Shown one piece after another: positions 57,140 through 64,000 of a stretch of 64,000 nt of DNA. The notes below the pieces were generated by a model. It was not told the DNA's origin and did no database searches. It worked only from the letters and a program-made list of their open reading frames with translations. The translations under genes and the position numbers were made by a program. This DNA is from an uncultured Trueperaceae bacterium. GTDB taxonomy: Bacteria; Deinococcota; Deinococci; Deinococcales; Trueperaceae. The DNA is taken from positions 224,001 through 288,000 of the forward strand of contig CAWCXJ010000013.1 of the NCBI GenBank assembly GCA_963799485.1, given 5' to 3'. How positions within the stretch are numbered: position 1 is the stretch's first letter; each line of letters begins with the position of its first letter.

Positions 57140-57892
57140 TTACGGTTTTAGCGAGTCAAGCTCAGATGGGCTTGAAGGAACCGGTGGTTTTCCGGCTATA
57201 TCCGGAGCCGTTACCCACAGGCGACCCGGATAGGCCAACAGGGTGTAGAGAAAAAGACTCGCCCCGATCATCTCGAGAAACTCCTCGAGTGTGCTGAACG
57301 CTGCGTAAGTCAGCGTTTCGTCTCCGTAACGCGCGACGTAGCCTGCCGTAACGACCTCGACGCCGAGCGCTCCGGCGAGATACAAAGCCCCTGCGCCGAG
57401 GGCCAGGTACCGTGTTCTGGCAGGGAGGTTCAGTAAAAACCGCAGGTAAATAGCGATAAAGGTAACAACGAACAACGTTCCGGGTATCACCCAGGCAAAG
57501 TAAAGAAATCCCGAAAGACTAAACTTCTCTTGGATGATGTCACCCGTGAGTTCGTGAAATTGCACGGTCTCGTCCACTGACAACGCCAGGAAAATGACAG
57601 CCAGACCTAACCAGCTTCCGGCGTACTGCCGCCTTGCCTGGTGTTCTAGTCTGTAGATACCGTAAAGCGACGCCGAACACAGCATCAGCAAGACCGCGCT
57701 GTACCAACTAGGTATGCTGTTTTCAGCATCGACGTTCGTCAGTTTGACGATTGAATTTAGACCCCTGAACTCAGTACCCGTGTAAACGTAGAGCTGAACC
57801 AGCAAGCTGACGAGTGCAAGGCCTAAGCCGACAAGTAAGAGGAGCCTGAGAAGCTTCCACGGGGAAATTCGAAGTGTAGGTGACGTTGCCAT
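57140..57892 (-). CDS. Hypothetical multi-pass membrane protein
   Basis: 6-7 TM with ENSIPSWYS, LSVDE...HE and EEFLEMIG motifs. Start set at ATG 57892 after GAGGG. Confidence 0.8.
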   Translation of the reverse strand: MATSPTLRISPWKLLRLLLLVGLGLALVSLLVQLYVYTGTEFRGLNSIVKLTNVDAENSIPSWYSAVLLMLCSASLYGIYRLEHQARRQYAGSWLGLAVIFLALSVDETVQFHELTGDIIQEKFSLSGFLYFAWVIPGTLFVVTFIAIYLRFLLNLPARTRYLALGAGALYLAGALGVEVVTAGYVARYGDETLTYAAFSTLEEFLEMIGASLFLYTLLAYPGRLWVTAPDIAGKPPVPSSPSELDSLKP

Positions 57893-58040
57893 GACAAACC
57901 CTCTCTGAAGCATCCTAACAAGTCTGGAACATAAAAGTAAGTCATCAGGAAACAAATTTTTCACGAGCAGAGGTGTTGTGAAAAATATTACTTTAAGCGA
58001 TACAAACCAGAAACTTCTGCAGACGAAGCGTTTTTTGTCT

Positions 58041-58679
58041 TCAGCTCCCGGGTCGGGCAAGACGCTTTAGCAGCTCGAGCACAAACATGACGTCGCCTAG
58101 TGCGCGGTGGCTCGCGTGCTGCGTTAAAAGCGCTTCAAGTCCTTCGGTAACGACCGCCTTGTGCAGCCCGTAGCTGGGGCGACCGTGCGTTTGGGCGTAA
58201 AGCCGCATGGCGCAGACATAAAGGAGTTTTGGATGGGGGAGATCCCAGCGGGCGCTGGTCTGCTCGAGCATCCGCGCGTCAAAAGGTGCGTTCCACGCCA
58301 GCACGGTCGCATCTTTTGCCAGCGCGACAAATTCCGGCAAGACGTCGGGCCAGCGCGGTTGGTTTTGCAGCTCACGTAGCGAAATCCCGTGAACCCGCTG
58401 GGCGTGCGGGTTCATCGCCGGGGTTTGCGGCTTCAGCAGCGTGTTTAGGCGAACCGCCCCGGTCGTATCGACGAGCGCCAACTCGATCACCTCGGCGTCT
58501 TTAAGCCCGGTCGTCTCGGTGTCGAGGATAAACACATCGGTACGGTCTAGCAGTTTACGCGCCGCCTCGGCGACGCGCGCAACGTCCGGACTACGTTCTG
58601 GCACACAGCGCCCACAACGTCCGGCAGACGAAAGTAGGTGGTTACAGCGGACGCAGCGTATAGCTCGAGTTGACGCCAT
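58041..58679 (-). CDS. DEDDh 3'-5' exonuclease with N-terminal CxxC-CxxC Zn finger
   Basis: ILDTETTGL, VHGIS, AWNAPFD and HRALGD motifs; N-terminal CVRC...CGRC. Confidence 0.9.
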   Translation of the reverse strand: MASTRAIRCVRCNHLLSSAGRCGRCVPERSPDVARVAEAARKLLDRTDVFILDTETTGLKDAEVIELALVDTTGAVRLNTLLKPQTPAMNPHAQRVHGISLRELQNQPRWPDVLPEFVALAKDATVLAWNAPFDARMLEQTSARWDLPHPKLLYVCAMRLYAQTHGRPSYGLHKAVVTEGLEALLTQHASHRALGDVMFVLELLKRLARPGS

Positions 58680-58787
58680 TATACTAGTCTATCGTATCGG
58701 TCTCAGGGCGCGCGGTTGCGTTACACTGGCTCCGAAGACACTAGCCCCGAAATACAAACGACCCCAAAGGTTTACGAGAGGAACCAA

Positions 58788-60248
58788 ATGACCTCAATTC
58801 CCCCGACTTCAAGCCCCCAAGCAGACCTCGGACTTATCGGCCTCGCGGTGATGGGCCGCAACCTCGTACTTAACCTAAACGACCACGGTTACAAGGTCGC
58901 GGTTTACAACCGCACCACCGCGAAGATGACCGATTTCACCGAGGGTGAAGCGCAAGGCACGGACGTAACCGGCTACGCCGAGCTGCCTGACTTCGTTGCG
59001 GCACTTAAGCACCCGCGTAAAGTCATGCTGATGGTCGAGGCGGGGCGCGGGGTAGACGCCGTAATCGCCGCCTTGGCGCCCCTCCTGGAACCCGGCGACG
59101 TGATTATCGACGGCGGCAACTCGAACTTTGAAGATACCCGCCGGCGCAACCGCGAGCTGACCGAAAAAGGCTTTCACTTTGTCGGTACCGGCATTTCCGG
59201 CGGCGAAGAGGGTGCGCGGCACGGCCCCTCGATCATGCCGGGCGGTGCGCCGGAGGCGTGGGAAGAAGTCAAACCCATTTTTCAGAGTATCGCTGCCCAT
59301 GTTCACGGCGACCCGTGTTGCGATTACGTGGGTGAAGACGGCGCGGGTCACTTCGTCAAGATGGTGCATAACGGCATCGAATACGGCGATATGCAGCTGA
59401 TCGGCGAGGCTTACGGGCTGATGCGCGGCGTGCTGGGCCTGAGCGCGGATGAGCTGAGTACGGTCTTTAAGAAGTGGAATACAGGCCGCCTCGACTCGTA
59501 CCTGGTTGAAATCACCGGCACCATCTTAGCGGTCAAAGACAAAGACGGGTCGCCGCTGGTTGAAAAGATTCTGGACGTTGCCGGGCAAAAAGGCACCGGT
59601 CGCTGGACGGTTATCGCTGCGCTCGAGGAAGGCGTGCCGCTGACGCTGATTGCCGAAGCGGTCTTCTCGCGTTCACTCTCGGCGCTCAAGGACGAACGCG
59701 TCGCGGCGGCTAAAGTGCTGGGCGGCCCCGAAGCACCGGCTGCACCTGACCGGGAGACTTTTGTGCGCGACCTCGAGGACGCCCTCTACGCCGCTAAAAT
59801 CGTTTCCTACGCACAGGGCTACATGCTGATGCGTTCGGCAGCCAAAACCTACGGCTGGAACCTCAACTACGGCGGCGTCGCGCAGATGTGGCGCGGCGGC
59901 TGCATTATCCGCTCAGCCTTTCTGGACGACATCAAAAACGCCTTCGACGAAGACGAGACGCTCGCCAACCTGCTCCTGGCCCCGTACTTTCAAGAAGCGG
60001 TCATGGACGCGCAGGCCGCGTGGCGGCGGGTGGTGGCGACTGCCGTGGCGTGGGGTGTACCGGTACCCGCGTTTTCGGCTGCGCTCGCCTTTTTCGACGG
60101 CTACCGCACCGCCGACCTGCCCGCCAACCTCCTGCAAGCCCAACGCGACTTTTTCGGCGCGCACACCTTTGAACGTACCGACGAGGCACGTGGCAGCTTT
60201 TTTCACCACAGCTGGCTTGGCGACGCCGGGGGTACGGCTGAAGGTTAG
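58788..60248 (+). CDS. gnd: 6-phosphogluconate dehydrogenase (decarboxylating, NADP)
   Basis: GLIGLAVMGRNL, IDGGN, SGGEEGA, KMVHNGIEYGDMQ, WRGGCIIRS and QAQRDFFGAHT motifs. ATG 58788 follows GAGG. Confidence 0.97.
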   Translation: MTSIPPTSSPQADLGLIGLAVMGRNLVLNLNDHGYKVAVYNRTTAKMTDFTEGEAQGTDVTGYAELPDFVAALKHPRKVMLMVEAGRGVDAVIAALAPLLEPGDVIIDGGNSNFEDTRRRNRELTEKGFHFVGTGISGGEEGARHGPSIMPGGAPEAWEEVKPIFQSIAAHVHGDPCCDYVGEDGAGHFVKMVHNGIEYGDMQLIGEAYGLMRGVLGLSADELSTVFKKWNTGRLDSYLVEITGTILAVKDKDGSPLVEKILDVAGQKGTGRWTVIAALEEGVPLTLIAEAVFSRSLSALKDERVAAAKVLGGPEAPAAPDRETFVRDLEDALYAAKIVSYAQGYMLMRSAAKTYGWNLNYGGVAQMWRGGCIIRSAFLDDIKNAFDEDETLANLLLAPYFQEAVMDAQAAWRRVVATAVAWGVPVPAFSAALAFFDGYRTADLPANLLQAQRDFFGAHTFERTDEARGSFFHHSWLGDAGGTAEG

Positions 60249-60264
60249 GTCGGCAGTCATGGTC

Positions 60265-60293
60265 TGAAGCCGGGTATGCCACATCCGGCTTCA
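60265..60293. terminator. Hairpin after gnd
   Basis: TGAAGCCGG...CCGGCTTCA stem with a weak U-tail. Confidence 0.55.
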
Positions 60294-60369
60294 TCAAGCG
60301 TTAATGCTCCGTTAATGTAGGGAAAATTACCCAAGCCTAAACTGGCCTTAATCTGGTAGGCTGGTCGCT

Positions 60370-63087
60370 GTGTTGCCGGTCACCCCTACCCTTTCTCCTG
60401 CTGCTGAAACTATACGCCTGGCAACACTTCACCGCTACGGCGTTCTCGGAACCCCACCCGAAGGGCCCTTCTCCCGGCTGACACAGCTGGCGGCAGAGAC
60501 GCTGGGCATGAGCGGCGCGGCGCTCAGCTTCGTGGGCGCGCAGCGGGTTTTTTACAAGGCGCAGCAGGGCGCGTCCGGGCGTTCGTATCCGCGCGCGCAG
60601 ACGCTCTGCGGCGCTGCCGCTTTCGCTGCCGAGCCCCTTGTCCTCGAGGACGCTGCCTCAGGTGAAGCCGCAGACTTGGCGTTCGTCCGGCAAAACAGCG
60701 TGCGGTTTTATGCAGGTGTCCCACTCGTTGCTCCCGACGGCGCAGTACTCGGCGCGCTGAGCGTTTTCGACCGTGTGCCGCGTGCTGCGGCTCAGGTACA
60801 AGTCAAACTGCTGGAAACACTCGCGCGGACGGTGCTGGACTTGCTCGCCGCGCGGCGCGGCGCGTTGGCACGAAGCCAAGCCGAAGCGACCGAAGCGCGC
60901 TTGACCGAGTTGCTCGAGCGCACCTCTTGTTATGCGTTTAGCGTCGCTGCCGATGGACGCCTCGACTACCTGAGCGGCCCCCTTAAAACCGCGTTGGGTT
61001 ACCGGACACCCCCGGAATATTACCGCGACCTCTACCCGCCGGAAGCTCAGGCGGCGGCAACGGCAGCGCTCGCCGAAGCTCACGCTACGGGTCAAAAACA
61101 GCTGGTTACGACCTTTTTAAGCCGCACCGGTAGCACGGTTCCGGCCTTCCAAGAGCTGGTGCGGTGCGGCGAGGCGGTCGCCGTTCTCGCCAGAGATTTA
61201 ACGGCGCAGGGGCAGCGCGACGCCTTCGAACAAAAACGTGCCGAGGTACTCGAGCTGACCGCGCGTGGCGCGCCGCTCCCGGCGGTGCTCCTGGAATTGA
61301 CCCGGCTTTTGGAGAGCTACTGCGAGGGACTTATCGGCGCAGTTTTCCTGGTTCAAAACGGCACCTTGCAGCTCGAGGTCGCGCCGCAACTGCCGAGCGC
61401 CTTTACCCGCCTCGTCAGCGAGTTACCGCTCGGGCCGGTAGCGGCGGCTCCCGGAGCCGCCGCACTAAGCGGCAAAAGGGTTATCACGACCGATATTCGG
61501 CACGATCCGCTGTGGCATCACCTGCGTTACTTCGCGCTGCAAAACGGCTTGCAGGCGTGCTGGGCCGAACCCATCCTGAGCGACCAGGGTGAGGTTCTCG
61601 GGACCTTCGTCCTCTACGCCTGTGAGACGAGAGCCCCCAGCGACGCCGAAAGTCGGCTTTTGCGGGAAACCGCGCAGCTCGCGGCGATCGCCGTCTCCCG
61701 GCAAAAGCTTTACGCGCAGCTCGAGCACCAGGCGCGTTACGACGCCCTGACCGGCCTGCCCAACCGGCGACTCTTGCACGAACATCTGGGACGCGCCGTT
61801 CAGCAGGTGCAAACACCGAGCAGTCAAGCCCAGGGTGAAGGGGTCGGCGTCTTTTTACTCGACCTCGACAACTTCAAGCGGGTCAACGACGCGCTCGGTC
61901 ACAGCGCCGGCGACCTCTTGTTGGTCAGCGTGACCGAGCGGCTTAAAGCGCACCTTCAGGCGCAGCTCCCGCCGCGCACCACCCTCGCGAGAAGTGGCGG
62001 CGACGAGTTCGTGTTGACCGTTCCCCTCGCCCACCGTGACGACGCCGCCCGCTTCGCTTTCGGTCTGACCGACGTCTTCGCGGCTCCCTTTACGCTGGGC
62101 GCGCGCACCTTGCACGTCGAAGCGAGTATCGGGGTCGGCTTTTACGGCGAGGACGCGAAGACGCCCCAAGCTTTGTTGCAGGCCGCCGATACCGCCATGT
62201 ACGCCGCCAAAGCCGACCGCCGCGCCGGCTCTAGGCAGGGCTACCGGCTTTACCGGAGCGAGATGACCGAACAGCTCGAGGCGCAGCTCAAGCTCGAGGC
62301 CGAGCTCAAACGGGCCTTCGCCAAAGATGAGCTCAGAGTTTTCAGCCAACCACGTTTCGACATCGCCCGGCAGCAGGTCGCAGGTTTCGAGGTACTCGTA
62401 CGCTGGCAGCACCCGGAACAGGGCCTACTGCTGCCCGGCGCCTTTTTAGGGGGCGCGCAAAAGGCCGGTTTGCTGCCGCAGCTCGACGCGTGGGTTTTGC
62501 GTCAGGTCGCGCGGCAGCTAAGTGAAGGGGCGGCGCGTGGGCGACCCGAACGGCTATCATGCAACGTGTCCGCTACGAGCTTCCAAGACCGCAGCTTTTT
62601 ACACGAACTGGAAACCATCTTGGGAGCCGACCGGGCGGTACCCGAAGGACTCGAGCTCGAGATCACCGAAAGCCTGCTGATGCAAAACCTAGACGATGTC
62701 GCTGCCAAGCTCGCCGAACTCAAGGTGCGGTTTCCGGGTATCCACGTTGCTATCGACGATTTCGGCAGCGGCTACTCGTCTTTGGCTTATTTGCGGCATC
62801 TGCCAATCGATACGCTTAAGATCGACCGGGCGTTCGTCCGTGACCTCGACCACCGCGACGGTAAGCTTCAGCGCACCGCGCTCGCCGTGATTCGCACCGT
62901 GATCGCCCTGGGCCGCGATCTGGGATTTCGCGTCGTCGCCGAGGGAGCCGAGACCGCGGGTCAACTGGGGATGTTGACCGCACTCGGCGTCGATGAAGTG
63001 CAGGGTTTCGCCATCGGCAAACCGCGCCCTATGGAAACGCGCGTATTCGAAGCACCCGGCGACGCCTTCTCGAGCAAATTTTCCTAA
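60370..63087 (+). CDS. GAF-PAS-GAF-GGDEF-EAL c-di-GMP signalling protein
   Basis: GAF (VRFYAGVPL), second GAF (CWAEPI), DALTGLPNR, DLDNFKRVNDALGH, SGGDEF, EVLVRW, ELEITES, DDFGSGYSS and EGAET motifs. Confidence 0.93.
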   Translation: MLPVTPTLSPAAETIRLATLHRYGVLGTPPEGPFSRLTQLAAETLGMSGAALSFVGAQRVFYKAQQGASGRSYPRAQTLCGAAAFAAEPLVLEDAASGEAADLAFVRQNSVRFYAGVPLVAPDGAVLGALSVFDRVPRAAAQVQVKLLETLARTVLDLLAARRGALARSQAEATEARLTELLERTSCYAFSVAADGRLDYLSGPLKTALGYRTPPEYYRDLYPPEAQAAATAALAEAHATGQKQLVTTFLSRTGSTVPAFQELVRCGEAVAVLARDLTAQGQRDAFEQKRAEVLELTARGAPLPAVLLELTRLLESYCEGLIGAVFLVQNGTLQLEVAPQLPSAFTRLVSELPLGPVAAAPGAAALSGKRVITTDIRHDPLWHHLRYFALQNGLQACWAEPILSDQGEVLGTFVLYACETRAPSDAESRLLRETAQLAAIAVSRQKLYAQLEHQARYDALTGLPNRRLLHEHLGRAVQQVQTPSSQAQGEGVGVFLLDLDNFKRVNDALGHSAGDLLLVSVTERLKAHLQAQLPPRTTLARSGGDEFVLTVPLAHRDDAARFAFGLTDVFAAPFTLGARTLHVEASIGVGFYGEDAKTPQALLQAADTAMYAAKADRRAGSRQGYRLYRSEMTEQLEAQLKLEAELKRAFAKDELRVFSQPRFDIARQQVAGFEVLVRWQHPEQGLLLPGAFLGGAQKAGLLPQLDAWVLRQVARQLSEGAARGRPERLSCNVSATSFQDRSFLHELETILGADRAVPEGLELEITESLLMQNLDDVAAKLAELKVRFPGIHVAIDDFGSGYSSLAYLRHLPIDTLKIDRAFVRDLDHRDGKLQRTALAVIRTVIALGRDLGFRVVAEGAETAGQLGMLTALGVDEVQGFAIGKPRPMETRVFEAPGDAFSSKFS

Positions 63088-63103
63088 GTTCTCAGCACCC
63101 GCC

Positions 63104-64000
63104 TTACCACTCACGGGTCACGTCCTCGAGCGCTTTTTCACTTACTTTCGCGTAGATCGTCGTGGTGGCGATGTTTTTATGTCGTAAATGCGTTTGTGTC
63201 CGCCGGAGGTCGCCGGTTTCCTCGTACATCCGGGTGCCGGACTGATGCCGCAAAGGGTGCAGCGCGCGGTAATCGACGCCCGCTGCGGCGCAGAGTGCGC
63301 GCAACCGTTGCCGCAGGCGTTCGTCGGCGTAGGGGAGAACCTTGCCTGCTCGAGCCTTTGCCTTGCGCCTGGTGGTGGTGTCGTTTTGGAGCAGCTCGAG
63401 GGCGCGGACGAGGCTGTTCGACAAGGCGACGCTATCGACGTAGCCGCCTTTACCGCGTACCTGCAAGCGCTGCGTCTTTAGGTTGACGGCGCGCCACTCG
63501 AGCCCCGCCGCTTCGTGCGCGCGCAAACCCGCGTGCGCGCAGAGCAGGAGCGCTACGGTGTCGGCCGGGTCGGTGGTCACTGCGAGCAGTTGCGCTAAGT
63601 CAACCTTCGGGTAAGGCTGTACTTTCTCCCACGCCGGGACGGGGTCGTGAACACCTTTAACCGACGCAAACGGGGTCGCGTCGGTGGCCCCGGCCCAGTG
63701 CAGCGCCCGGTAGAGAACGCGGGCCGCCGCGAGCGTTTTGTTTACCGTCGAGGGTGAGCGGTACCGCGCGGGGCCGTCACTACCCTCATTAAAAGGCGTT
63801 TCTTTAAGCCACGCCCGGTAACGGCTGCCCATCCGGCGGCTCGGGTGCAGGAGGTTCTCGTGCGCGTTTGCCCCGACAAAAAGCCCGACCCCGTGACGGT
63901 ACGCCTTAAAGGTCAAGCGGCTCAGGTTGTCTTTATCCGTGGTGTCCTCGAGGTACGCCTGCGTTAACACCCAGAGTGCTTCGGGGTCGCGCTCGCCCGC
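63104..64000 (-). CDS. Tyrosine recombinase/integrase (5'-truncated by window end)
   Basis: Catalytic set GLRAHE (R), GKGG (K), HPLRH (HxxR), LRH and TTIY (Y). The frame is open to nt 64000. Confidence 0.92.
   Translation of the reverse strand, partial: AGERDPEALWVLTQAYLEDTTDKDNLSRLTFKAYRHGVGLFVGANAHENLLHPSRRMGSRYRAWLKETPFNEGSDGPARYRSPSTVNKTLAAARVLYRALHWAGATDATPFASVKGVHDPVPAWEKVQPYPKVDLAQLLAVTTDPADTVALLLCAHAGLRAHEAAGLEWRAVNLKTQRLQVRGKGGYVDSVALSNSLVRALELLQNDTTTRRKAKARAGKVLPYADERLRQRLRALCAAAGVDYRALHPLRHQSGTRMYEETGDLRRTQTHLRHKNIATTTIYAKVSEKALEDVTREW

Noticed and set aside
1..64000. CRISPR array, rRNA or IS transposase
   Set aside because: No regularly spaced repeats, rRNA signatures or transposase motifs were seen.

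Overview
A GC-rich bacterial chromosomal window, most likely from Deinococcota (Trueperaceae-like). This assignment rests on a Deinococcus-type CrtO/CruF/CruC/CruD carotenoid cluster, many leaderless genes with a TAnnnT box 5-7 nt before the start codon, and pervasive CTCGAG palindromes. Contents in order: tRNA-Pro(CGG); an alpha/beta-hydrolase::CYP152 peroxygenase fusion; an alaS-HAD-DUF218-ruvX-mltG-lolE run plus traB/recX; NUDIX and MATE genes; a Wzx/Wzy-type polysaccharide locus with two TolC proteins, an orphan MFP, a clan-A glycoside hydrolase and a TupA-like ATP-grasp; osmC, ispG and crtB; a frameshifted beta-helix lipoprotein; and a ketocarotenoid acyl-glycoside operon. These are followed by a small accessory island (PD-(D/E)xK-like nuclease pair plus two tandem, diverged basic/acidic two-gene modules resembling an uncharacterised toxin-antitoxin or toxin-immunity family), an AbiTii-like gene, a GH42 galactoside ABC operon with a LacI-type operator, gnd, a GAF-PAS-GAF-GGDEF-EAL protein and a truncated tyrosine recombinase. 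No CRISPR array, rRNA or IS element was seen. All family calls come from motif recognition by eye, not from database searches.
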